Positions 1 through 8,276 of a DNA stretch of 32,000 bases are shown here, piece by piece. The stretch's first letter is position 1; each line of letters opens with the position of its first letter. A program made the translations under genes and the position numbers. The notes beneath the pieces were generated by a model. It saw only the letters and a program-made list of their open reading frames with translations, was not told the origin of the DNA and did not search any database. The DNA is from Verrucomicrobiota bacterium (GTDB lineage: Bacteria; Verrucomicrobiota; Verrucomicrobiia; Chthoniobacterales; UBA6821), in assembly GCA_008932965.1 (NCBI GenBank), contig WBXG01000007.1, forward strand, positions 5,902 through 37,901, read 5' to 3'.

Positions 1-795
1 AACCTCTAGACGAATAGGAGCATTAGATTCGAGGTGGCGTAATTCCTCTTCGATTGCATGAAGTAAATCTTCTGAATCTTCCTCATCGATTGTTAAATTA
101 CTATTACGCGTGATACGGAAAAGATGGACTGATTGAATATGCATTCCATAAAAAAGAGCTTCAATATGATGCTGGATGATACTTTCTAAAAAAACATAAT
201 GCTCCTCTTTTTTAGAGGGCGTCGTGGAAAAAGAAATAAAACGAGGTAAGTTTTGAGGAACTGGCACAACCACTAATGTTGTGCAAAGATGTTCATCCCG
301 GAGTTCTACTAAAAAATTCAAACTAAGATTGAGTAACTGTGGGAATGGGTGGAGAGGATCAACTGCTAAAGGGGTAAGCATTGGGAAAATAAATTCCTTA
401 AAATATTTTGATAAATATTTCTGCTCTACGAGCGGCACTTGAGCATACTCATGAAAAAAAACTGTTTCTTCCTCCAGTGCTGGTGCGATTACCTGATCCC
501 AACAGCGATATTGATTCAGGAGCTGTTGGCGTATTTTGAGGGATAAAGAAGATAACTCTTCTTGTGGCTCCAAACCATCCTGGTTTTTTTTGGTTGGAGA
601 GCGTTGAGATTGCTGCTTCAACGATGCAACATGAACTTCAAAAAACTCATCCAAATTGGAGCTAAAAATACCGAGAAATTTGAGGCGCTCCAATAACGGA
701 TTGGTGGCGTCCCAGGCTTGATCTAAAACACGTTGATTAAATTCAAGCCAACTCAACCCACGGTTGATATAAAGAGAAGATGTGCCAGCTGTCAT
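1..795 (-). CDS. ppk: polyphosphate kinase 1, N-terminal portion (gene continues past the window start)
   Basis: Own translation from the ATG at 795-793: MTAGTSSLYINRGLSWLEFNQRVLDQAWDATNPLLERLKFLGIFSSNLDEFFEVHV... This is the canonical PPK1 N-domain signature. I checked every codon to position 1 and found no stop. An in-frame stop lies just upstream at 802-804. The ORF is absent from the ORF track because it is truncated. Confidence 0.85.
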   Translation of the reverse strand, partial: MTAGTSSLYINRGLSWLEFNQRVLDQAWDATNPLLERLKFLGIFSSNLDEFFEVHVASLKQQSQRSPTKKNQDGLEPQEELSSLSLKIRQQLLNQYRCWDQVIAPALEEETVFFHEYAQVPLVEQKYLSKYFKEFIFPMLTPLAVDPLHPFPQLLNLSLNFLVELRDEHLCTTLVVVPVPQNLPRFISFSTTPSKKEEHYVFLESIIQHHIEALFYGMHIQSVHLFRITRNSNLTIDEEDSEDLLHAIEEELRHLESNAPIRLEV

Positions 796-897
796 AAAAA
801 CTCATTTCTTCTTCCATGAGAGCACAACAAAAAGAAGGGCATTTTCCCTTTTGCCAGAGCGCACCCAACACCATTGCTGTGCTCATCATAGGATTTA

Positions 898-1197
898 TTA
901 GAGACATGAGGCTTCTTCCGTAAAGCCCACATCACCACGAATTGACTCTAGTTGACGAAGCACACGTTTCTTAGAGTGAGGACGATTGCGGATACGGCTC
1001 AAACAACTAGCCATTACAGGAACAACAATGAGTGCACCAGTTACTAGTAGAAATAGAGAGGTACGATGGCGTGCTCGGCAGCTCATTTTATCAGCAATAA
1101 GAAGTCCGACACCACACCCTACAGCTGCTTGAGTAATAGCAATTGTTCCACTCACAGGAAGGTTTTCTGAAAAATGGGAAAGAGAAAGTTGAGACAT
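898..1197 (-). CDS. small hypothetical membrane protein
   Basis: ORF track lists 898..1347. I prefer the internal ATG at 1197 (MSQLSLSHFSE...) because the long form overlaps the upstream gene by 89 nt. There are two hydrophobic segments (GTIAITQAAVGCGVGLLIA, SLFLLVTGALIVVPVMA). No family recognised. Confidence 0.4.
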   Translation of the reverse strand: MSQLSLSHFSENLPVSGTIAITQAAVGCGVGLLIADKMSCRARHRTSLFLLVTGALIVVPVMASCLSRIRNRPHSKKRVLRQLESIRGDVGFTEEASCL

Positions 1198-1258
1198 AAT
1201 TGGTAATAATACCTTATTTTTTTCTGAGCTCAACTGATAACTGCAGTAACTCCATGTC

Positions 1259-3439
1259 CTATGCATAATGCGAGCTAGAATTTTTTTTCTTGAAATAAAA
1301 ATCATGTATCCAACAAATGATTCGCTGGATAAGGAATATCCCAGCACGTTCCAATTCAGATTTTTGCTGCCACTGATAAGCTCGCACTGGAATTGTTTCT
1401 TCTATGAGTTTTTTCCAAAATTTTAGAGTTGCTTCTTGAGTAAAAGCTTGTCCCGATCGGTGGCCATTTTGAACAAGCATAGCACGCAAACTTGGGTTTT
1501 CTTGAAGTTGTTTGAGTTGTTTAAAAACTTCTTTAAGTGATGTAGCCACGAGATAATCTATCTCAGGATTCCCATCAGCAGCATAAGCAGAATCGGATCC
1601 TCCAATAAAGGGAACTCCTGCTAACCAAGCATTATAGAGCTTTGTAGCAGGCTTATTCATATGCAAAGAGCGAGAGAAGCTGCGAATAGCAATCACACAG
1701 TCAACATCAGTATAATTATTCCACTCATGATATCCTCGTATTTGAAAATGAAGTCCAAGCTCTTCATATAGCCTGCGATGCCATTTTTGAGAACGAAGCT
1801 CCGGGGCAAGGTTTTGTATTTCCCCAAAGAAGCAGACATTTTCAAAGCGTGTTCCTCGAGTTGGATCACGTGGTTTTAGAAAAGGTTGAGGCCAGTGAGG
1901 AACATAAATGGAATTTGGAAGATAACGGGTATAATTTCTATTTTCCACTAAATGCAAATCCACACTAGGATGCGGTGTTTTATCAGCAAGAATATCGACT
2001 AGAAATAAATGTGGATTTATAGATTTTCGTCTGAGTAACGGGTTTAAAAGCTTGCTCATCGTAATACAAATTCCAGTATTTTTTTCAAAAGGAAACTCGG
2101 TGGAAAGAGTAGAGTTGACTCCAATTTTCTTAAGCAAACTCCATGTTTGATAAATCCAACATGTAATTGTAGGGCTTTTGATTGGTTGATTTAATGCCAT
2201 TGGGTCTCCTTCTTTCCATTTTTCTCCCCAATCATCAGCAGAAAGAAAATATTCCATGATATGAAATGAAATCTTATCAAGAAACTTGATGGGAATCTGT
2301 TTCTCCATTTTTTTCTGGAAATAGTTGGTATAATACCGAAGAAAAAAAGTAGATAAGGAAGGGACCTTTGCATGAATGCTTGCACACGTTGCAAATAAGA
2401 TGGAGGCACGTTTTAAAGCGTTCGCTGATGCTTTCCAGTACCAAGAAAGGAGTGGATGTTCCGGCTTTTTTTCTTGAGCCTCTAAAGAATAAAAAGTGGC
2501 ATCTATACTATTTTCGAGGGAAAATGCTGCCTTTCTCCAATATTCTGCTAACCGCTTATCTATTGTTAAAGCCTCACTTGCAGATGTGCGGTAGAAAATA
2601 ATTTTTTTATACACCTTTACCTGAGGAGGTAACTGATTATCTTCAAATTCTAATTTCTCTGCTTTGCAGGTCAGTTTCTTCCAGAGGTCATCGACAGCAT
2701 TCAAAGCTGCTAAAGCAGCTAGTGAATACTCAATAGCCTGATCTTCGTTGCCGATTTGAGTGGCCATTGCGGCTTCGATCCGTAACGCTAGAGCATTCTG
2801 ATTTAATTCGAGAAGCTCATTCCAGAGGTGTTTATAGGGTGCTATTTTCTCTGGTGAAATGGATGCAGTATGAATATGGATATTGGCAAGATGAGCTGCC
2901 GCATATGCTGCTTTTACCCAACGATGGGTTAACACTATATTCAAAAAAGCATCATGGTTGTTAAGCGCTTGTGCTTTTTTAAATAAGGAAACTGCCTTGA
3001 TAGCATAACGAGAGGCTTCAGGAAGAGTCGACTCATAGTGGATTGCTGCCTGCGATACTTCTTGTATTTCTTGATCAAAATCTTTTGAGGCTTGTGCCTG
3101 CGCAAAAGCTAACCAATAACGGTACGCCGAGCCTGCTTCCCTATTTTCATTCCTATGGAAGGCCCAATAGGAGATTTCTGATTTTTGAAGCTTGTGATCC
3201 AAATAGTAATTGCCTTCTTGGTTCCAATAGGTCAAAAACGCAATCGCATCAATACTATGGGTTCGTTGAGGTTTGAGTAGCGCAGTTGCAGTTCTTTGTT
3301 GATCTACGAATGCGGCCTCATCGCTTGCAAGCCTCCAATATGCAGCAAGTCTCTCGTTTCCGAAAGCAGAAGCCCTGAGAGCTTGCTCACGATAGAGAGC
3401 AATTTCATCTCTTGCTTCTCTCTGAATTGAAAAATCCAT
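1259..3439 (-). CDS. two-domain protein: an N-terminal Trp-rich helical-repeat region plus a C-terminal ~330-aa domain paralogous to the next gene (possible glycan-modifying enzyme, family not recognised)
   Basis: 726-aa ORF. The C-terminal half aligns colinearly with the whole product of 3462..4475. Shared blocks are CWIYQTW, FLVDI.AD..PHP, LHLV.NR, PHW.QP.L.PRDP.RG, NLAPELRS, DVD.VIAIR.FS and KPATKLYNAWLAGVPFIGG.DSAYAADG. The N-terminal half has recurring xYW(R/K)xA motifs (AAYWRLA, ISYWAF, YRYWLAF, AEYWRKA, SWYWKAS). Function is inferred only from the glycan-gene neighbourhood. Confidence 0.55.
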   Translation of the reverse strand: MDFSIQREARDEIALYREQALRASAFGNERLAAYWRLASDEAAFVDQQRTATALLKPQRTHSIDAIAFLTYWNQEGNYYLDHKLQKSEISYWAFHRNENREAGSAYRYWLAFAQAQASKDFDQEIQEVSQAAIHYESTLPEASRYAIKAVSLFKKAQALNNHDAFLNIVLTHRWVKAAYAAAHLANIHIHTASISPEKIAPYKHLWNELLELNQNALALRIEAAMATQIGNEDQAIEYSLAALAALNAVDDLWKKLTCKAEKLEFEDNQLPPQVKVYKKIIFYRTSASEALTIDKRLAEYWRKAAFSLENSIDATFYSLEAQEKKPEHPLLSWYWKASANALKRASILFATCASIHAKVPSLSTFFLRYYTNYFQKKMEKQIPIKFLDKISFHIMEYFLSADDWGEKWKEGDPMALNQPIKSPTITCWIYQTWSLLKKIGVNSTLSTEFPFEKNTGICITMSKLLNPLLRRKSINPHLFLVDILADKTPHPSVDLHLVENRNYTRYLPNSIYVPHWPQPFLKPRDPTRGTRFENVCFFGEIQNLAPELRSQKWHRRLYEELGLHFQIRGYHEWNNYTDVDCVIAIRSFSRSLHMNKPATKLYNAWLAGVPFIGGSDSAYAADGNPEIDYLVATSLKEVFKQLKQLQENPSLRAMLVQNGHRSGQAFTQEATLKFWKKLIEETIPVRAYQWQQKSELERAGIFLIQRIICWIHDFYFKKKNSSSHYA

Positions 3440-3461
3440 AAAATTCTTTTTTCAAAAAAAC

Positions 3462-4475
3462 CTACCGTGTTACACGATCGAAATAACAAGAAAAGTGTTG
3501 CATGAGGTGCAAACAGGAATGTTCCAATGAGGATCGTTGCTTCCACTTGAGAGCTTCTGCAGGAAGCGTTGTTTGAACTAATTTCTTCCAACGATCGAGC
3601 GTTGCTTCCCTTGTATAGGAAACCACTGATTCCGATCCCTTCTGGACTAATTTCCAACGCATTACTGGATCTTCCTTGAGTTTTTTTAAATATTGAAAAA
3701 CTTTTTCAGCAGAGGTTCCTACAAGATAATCTTCTCCAGGATGACCATCAGCAGCATAGGCAGAATCGATTCCTCCAATGAAGGGAACACCAGCAAGCCA
3801 GGCATTATAAAGTTTGGTTGCTGGTTTATGAAGGTGCCTTGAGCCAGAAAAGTCACGAATTGCAATTACTCCATCGACATCGCTGTAATCATGCCAACGT
3901 CGTGCTTCTCTGATTTCTAGCAAAATACCAAGTTCTCTATGAAGTTGTTCTTGCCATGCTGCAGATCGTAGCTCCGGTGCAAGATTGCTACTGTCACCAA
4001 AAAAAGAGATTTTTTCAAAAAGAGAGCCACGTGCTGGGTCACGTGGAATCAGATGAGGTTGTGTCCAATGTGGCATAAAAAGGGAGCGCGGTAATTGTCT
4101 AGCATGAGCTCTGTTTTGAACAAGATGAAGATGCGCTGCAGGATGGGGCAACCCATCAGCAACAATATCGACAAGAAAGTAATTGTGAGAAATCCACTTT
4201 TTACCATTTTTTTTAAACTCCTCTTTGAAACAAGATACTATAGATGGAAAAGAGCTACTCATAGCGATGATAATACCCCCTTCATGAGGGAGGCTACCGA
4301 GAAGTGAACATGGAATCTTTTCCTGGATGAGCAAAGCCCATGTTTGATAGATCCAGCATTGAGCTGTGGCCCCTTTCCCTTTTTCTTCGAGTGGAATAAT
4401 CTGATTTTTTTCTAAGGCTTCTATCCAGAATTGGTTTGGAAAATGTTCTTTGGGCAAGATAAATGAGATAGGCAT
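3462..4475 (-). CDS. stand-alone paralog of the C-terminal domain of the 1259..3439 protein (possible glycan-modifying enzyme)
   Basis: 337-aa ORF lying 22 nt upstream of its paralog on the same strand. Long identical blocks, e.g. KPATKLYNAWLAGVPFIGG and DSAYAADG. Confidence 0.55.
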   Translation of the reverse strand: MPISFILPKEHFPNQFWIEALEKNQIIPLEEKGKGATAQCWIYQTWALLIQEKIPCSLLGSLPHEGGIIIAMSSSFPSIVSCFKEEFKKNGKKWISHNYFLVDIVADGLPHPAAHLHLVQNRAHARQLPRSLFMPHWTQPHLIPRDPARGSLFEKISFFGDSSNLAPELRSAAWQEQLHRELGILLEIREARRWHDYSDVDGVIAIRDFSGSRHLHKPATKLYNAWLAGVPFIGGIDSAYAADGHPGEDYLVGTSAEKVFQYLKKLKEDPVMRWKLVQKGSESVVSYTREATLDRWKKLVQTTLPAEALKWKQRSSLEHSCLHLMQHFSCYFDRVTR

Positions 4476-4496
4476 AAAAAAAGTGAGTGTGATGGG

Positions 4497-4545
4497 CTAG
4501 CCCGCATATTTCATACCGATCGTAAGGAATAGCAGGTGCAAGTTG
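4497..4545 (+). repeat. fold-back element family: solo left-arm fragment
   Basis: CTAG-CCCGCATATTTCATACCGATCGTAAGGAATAGCAGGTGCAAG matches the left TIR plus about 20 nt of the arm of reference copy 18683..18866. Confidence 0.7.
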
Positions 4546-4678
4546 AACTCCATTTTTCAGTTTCATCCATCAATAGAAAGTCCTGGTTACAAAAACATCG
4601 ATTTTTAACCTGAATACTCTTTACCCTGTACCTACCTCTCTCTATTTTTAATCAATCTTTTTTATTGCCGTTATTCCT

Positions 4679-5155
4679 GTGAATATTTTTTTCCAAGACT
4701 GGTCTTACAATCGTGGAAATCTACGAAGTCAGAGTGTTCTTCTTTTATTTCGCATAGCACATTGCTTTCACCGACTCCCTCCTACCTCACGCTGGATCGG
4801 TTATCCCTATTTTCTCTTATACGAGCTACTCGTTGTTTGGATCTTAGGGATTGAACTCAGTTATAAAGCAACCATTGGCCCTGGACTGCGGCTCTTTCAC
4901 GGAGTTGCTACCGTGATTCATGAATCAGTAGTAATCGGTAAAAATTGCACTCTTCGGCATTCCACAACAATAGGAATGAGACATGAGACAGAGGCTGTTC
5001 CCACTCTTGGTGATCATGTTGATATTGGATGTCAAAGCGTTATTATTGGACCTATTCACATTGGGAATGCAGTCGTTATTGGTGCTGGTTCCGTAGTTCT
5101 CCATGATATCCCAGATCATAGTGTGGTAGCTGGAAACCCTGCTCGTATTTTATGA
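4679..5155 (+). CDS. hexapeptide-repeat (left-handed beta-helix) O-acetyltransferase, serine acetyltransferase/WcaB-like
   Basis: GTG start. The C-terminal repeats IGKNCTLRHSTTIG..., LGDHVDIGCQSVIIGPIHIGNAVVIGAGSVVLHDIPDHSVVAGNPARIL are typical of LbH acetyltransferases. ATGA overlap with the next gene. Confidence 0.75.
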   Translation: MNIFFQDWSYNRGNLRSQSVLLLFRIAHCFHRLPPTSRWIGYPYFLLYELLVVWILGIELSYKATIGPGLRLFHGVATVIHESVVIGKNCTLRHSTTIGMRHETEAVPTLGDHVDIGCQSVIIGPIHIGNAVVIGAGSVVLHDIPDHSVVAGNPARIL

Positions 5156-6243
5156 AATTTCTTTTCTTCTCGGGGCATGCGCATCTAGCACTTGACCCAA
5201 ATGCAGGTGAAGCCTCTGGAGGTGCAGAGTTGCAAGTAGCTTTGCTTTCAAAAGAACTTGTACAACGAGGTCATGACACAACCATCATCGCTACAGATAC
5301 AGGTCAGGAAGATGCTGTTTTTTGGGAAGGGATTAAAGTGTGCGTCGCACGTAGATTTGATAGCAGCTCCTTTTGGAAAAGCGCGTTAGCAATCCCATCG
5401 GTTTTGCGCATTATTGTTGAAGAAAAACCTGATGTGGTTGTGGTTTATGGGTGGACAGCATGGCTCTATCTCTTGGCTCAGTGGAGTAAAGTATGTCGTT
5501 ATCGGCTTGTTTATGTCTGTGCTCTCGATTCAGAAATTGAAGGTACATTCTCCTACACTCATCGTTTTTGGGGATGGCTTTTTAAACGAGGAATGAGACT
5601 CTGCCATGTACGTTTTGGAATCACAGAGCATCAAAAACAGCTCTTCCATCAACAAGGGATGAGCTGTTTTTTAACACGCCTGCTTTTACAACAAGCTCCA
5701 GCAGTCACCTCTTCTATCATCGAAAAACCGATCGATCTTCTTTGGGTAGCCCGTTGTAATCAAGTAAAGCAGCCACTTCAATTTTTAGAACTTGCCAAAA
5801 GATTTCCTCACGTACGCTGTCAGATGATTTGTTCGAATCAAGATCAAGAACTTTGGAAGGAAGTGAAGGACCAAGTTCAACATTTAGATAACATCGAGTT
5901 TCTCGAAGTTGTTCCCTACCGTGATATTCAACTCTATTTTAATCGAGCTAAGATTTTTGTGAATACCTCACTTGAAGAAGGGGTCCCTAACACCTTTATT
6001 CATGCAGCGCTAGGACATACGGCTATTGCTTCACTACGTGTGGACCCTGATCAGATGTTTGATCACTTTGAAGCAGGTTTTTGTGCACAAGATAATAGGG
6101 GATATTTTTTTGAAAGGATTCAAAAGTTACTTCATCAGCCAGATCTTTTATCTCACGCACAATCGGAAGCGGCTCGTTTTGTGAGCACTTGGCACAATAA
6201 TAAAAAAAATATGGATAGCTTTCTTCAAGGAGTAGAGCAATGA
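5152..6243 (+). CDS. glycosyltransferase, GT-B fold (family 1/4-like)
   Basis: 363-aa ORF. The N-terminal GGAELQVALLSKELVQRGHD block and C-terminal FVNTSLEEGVPNTFIHAALG block resemble GT4 enzymes. Overlaps both neighbours by 4 nt, so it looks like an operon. Confidence 0.7.
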   Translation: MKFLFFSGHAHLALDPNAGEASGGAELQVALLSKELVQRGHDTTIIATDTGQEDAVFWEGIKVCVARRFDSSSFWKSALAIPSVLRIIVEEKPDVVVVYGWTAWLYLLAQWSKVCRYRLVYVCALDSEIEGTFSYTHRFWGWLFKRGMRLCHVRFGITEHQKQLFHQQGMSCFLTRLLLQQAPAVTSSIIEKPIDLLWVARCNQVKQPLQFLELAKRFPHVRCQMICSNQDQELWKEVKDQVQHLDNIEFLEVVPYRDIQLYFNRAKIFVNTSLEEGVPNTFIHAALGHTAIASLRVDPDQMFDHFEAGFCAQDNRGYFFERIQKLLHQPDLLSHAQSEAARFVSTWHNNKKNMDSFLQGVEQ

Positions 6244-7379
6244 AGCGAGTATTGCATGTCATCGATCATCTTCAATTGGGTGGAGCTCAATCTTTATTGT
6301 TAGATTTAGTAACCTTAATGGAAAAATCAGAATGGCACTGTGAAGTTGCTTCCATGCATGGACGTGGTCTTTTTGCAGAACTCTTAGAAAAAAAAGGAAT
6401 CTCAGTCCATTCCCTCTCTCCCTCCTTATGGCCACCGTGTTATCTTGCTGCATTTGCAAGCCTCCAATCTCAATTTGATATTCTTCATTTTCATCTTTCG
6501 GGTTCCAATTGGATTGCCAAACCCATGGCAGCTCTCCTTGGAAATCAACCCCGGATATCACATGATCATGGGAGTGATGATTTTCGTTTTCGTGGTAGGG
6601 GATTTGTTTTAATGGATGCCATCATGCATCGCTTTTCAACACACACGATTGCCGTCACACCGGAGGTAAAACAATTTTTAACCCATTATGAAGCTCTTAC
6701 TGCGGAGTCAGTCACAGCGATCTCAAACGGAATCAACGTGGAAGAATTCCGTCCTTTTACTTCAGAAGAAAAAAAAGAAGCCCGTCTGTTTTTTGATTTG
6801 CCCTCGGAAGCATTTGTGGTGGGCACGGTAGGCCGTCTTGCGCCTGAAAAAAACCAAACACTTTTCTTGAAAGCCGCTAAAATTGCTCTCGAGCAAGGAT
6901 TGAAAGCTACTTTTCTAATTGCAGGGACAGGCCCCGAAGAAGCAGCTTTAAAAAAATGTGCTGCACAACTTGGCATCGAACATAGTGTTCGCTTTTTAGG
7001 ACAGATTAAAGATCGCGTCCAGCTCTACCGTTCATTAGATCTATTTGTACTAACCTCACGCTTTGAAGGTTTGCCAATGGTACTTTTAGAGGCCATGGCT
7101 TCAGGAATACCAGTTGTAAGCACCGATCTTGAGGGAATTCATCATGCACTTGAGGGAGGACGACATGGTCTCTTGATTCCCTCGGAGGATGAGATAGCTT
7201 TAAGTGACTGCTTGCTGCACTCCCATGAACGAATCCAACAAGAATCTTTGCGAAGTGCACGTCTTAAAGTAGAATCAGATTTTAGCGCTCAGAAAGCTGC
7301 TAAGAAGTTAGGGGATTTATATCAGTCACTTCTGAGCCCGAATATTTCACACCGATTACCTATGGAAGCCGGAAAGTAA
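6240..7379 (+). CDS. glycosyltransferase family 1 (GT4-type)
   Basis: HVIDHLQLGGAQSLLLDL, GRLAPEKNQ and LTSRFEGLPMVLLEAMASGIPVV (EX7E motif). The last ~47 nt, including the stop codon, lie inside repeat copy 7333..7610. Confidence 0.85.
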   Translation: MKRVLHVIDHLQLGGAQSLLLDLVTLMEKSEWHCEVASMHGRGLFAELLEKKGISVHSLSPSLWPPCYLAAFASLQSQFDILHFHLSGSNWIAKPMAALLGNQPRISHDHGSDDFRFRGRGFVLMDAIMHRFSTHTIAVTPEVKQFLTHYEALTAESVTAISNGINVEEFRPFTSEEKKEARLFFDLPSEAFVVGTVGRLAPEKNQTLFLKAAKIALEQGLKATFLIAGTGPEEAALKKCAAQLGIEHSVRFLGQIKDRVQLYRSLDLFVLTSRFEGLPMVLLEAMASGIPVVSTDLEGIHHALEGGRHGLLIPSEDEIALSDCLLHSHERIQQESLRSARLKVESDFSAQKAAKKLGDLYQSLLSPNISHRLPMEAGK

Positions 7380-7610
7380 GTGTGGACGCTTTATTGAGCT
7401 CGAAGTCTTCCTTGGGCGGTAGGTATTCATACAGCCCTGCATCAAAATGCTTGCCTGCGTTGACTCACTCGCTCCCACTCGTTTCCCCCTTTTAGGGCTT
7501 CCTAAGAGGCTCCTAAGAGACAGTCTCCCCCGCGGTCTCCAGACCACCGGTGGTGCCCTATCAGTCTTCGCGACCTCCTCTTTACGATCAGTATGAAATA
7601 TGCGGGCTGG
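7333..7610 (-). mobile_element. fold-back (MITE-like) element, full copy carrying the nested GC-rich cassette (7460..7555)
   Basis: The termini CCCGAATATTTCACACCGAT ... GATCAGTATGAAATATGCGGG are inverted repeats. The interior is colinear with copies 19599..19804 and 29326..29585. The flanks are degenerate here (TGAG/CTGG). Confidence 0.9.
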
Positions 7611-7715
7611 GAGAATTTAATCTTCATTTTCTTTTTTTTACTGTTTCTTTTTTAGTAAAAGGACCCATGCTCAAGTTTGTTTGTTTTGGTCTTTTAATGT
7701 TTAATTTTTTGAAAA

Positions 7716-8219
7716 ATGCAACCGATTTCAATTGCCTGTTTTAATCAAGATATTTGGATTCGCGTTACCGGTCGTGGAAATTTTTTATGTAGTGCAGCTC
7801 TAAAACAGATAGTGCAAGAAATGATTGAAAAAGAATACTACCATTACGTCATTGATCTCAAAGAGTGCGAACAGCTTGATTCCACATTTATGGGGACAAT
7901 TACAGGAATTGCTCAACGTCTACGCCAGTATCAGCAGTCACTTTTTAAAGTGGTCAATGTAAGTCAAAGCAATCAAGATCTCATGGAAAATCTCGGACTT
8001 GATGAACTTTTTTGCATTCAATCCTTGTCGATGAAGCATCAGCTTCCACCCGATTTAAGCCCCTCCTGTTTTACAGAGTCGTCGTTTTATATTCCCCCAG
8101 CGGAGGAAAAAGAAAAAATGCACGAAGTGGTTGTTTCAGCACATCAATCATTGGTAGAGGTAAATAAAGATAATGCTGAAAAATTTAAAGATATTATTGA
8201 AGCCTGCTCGAAGGATTAA
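7716..8219 (+). CDS. STAS-domain protein (anti-sigma-factor-antagonist-like) with a C-terminal extension
   Basis: 167-aa ORF. The segment IRVTGRGNF...HYVIDLKECEQLDSTFMGTITGIAQRL has the layout of a STAS/SpoIIAA fold. It lies immediately upstream of a PP2C phosphatase. Confidence 0.6.
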   Translation: MQPISIACFNQDIWIRVTGRGNFLCSAALKQIVQEMIEKEYYHYVIDLKECEQLDSTFMGTITGIAQRLRQYQQSLFKVVNVSQSNQDLMENLGLDELFCIQSLSMKHQLPPDLSPSCFTESSFYIPPAEEKEKMHEVVVSAHQSLVEVNKDNAEKFKDIIEACSKD

Positions 8220-8276
8220 AAATTTCATTGCATAGGCTTGTAGTTTCTATTTGGGGATGCTGTTATTAAAGCATCC

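Noticed and set aside
898-1347. The long form (149 aa) of the small membrane protein ORF.
   Set aside because: The N-terminal 50 codons overlap the 3' end of the 726-aa gene and have no membrane-protein character. The internal ATG at 1197 gives a compact two-helix protein.
2191-3276. Short ORFs on either strand that overlap well-supported genes: 2191..2409, 2368..2601, 2767..2964, 3043..3276, 3304..3657, 4095..4307, 4925..5119, 6023..6262, 6259..6561, 6686..6976, 7006..7260, 8773..9051, 9372..9630, 9995..10337, 10625..10976, 12087..12426, 13219..13450, 14283..14581, 14747..15305, 16092..16319, 19146..19340, 19810..19992, 20208..20525, 23439..23793, 24247..24507, 24654..25155, 25989..26227, 27205..27684, 28579..28961, 30063..30377 and 31728..31997.
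   Set aside because: Each is fully embedded in, or largely overlaps, a longer ORF that has clear family signatures. Their translations are low-complexity or unrecognisable. They are typical shadow ORFs.
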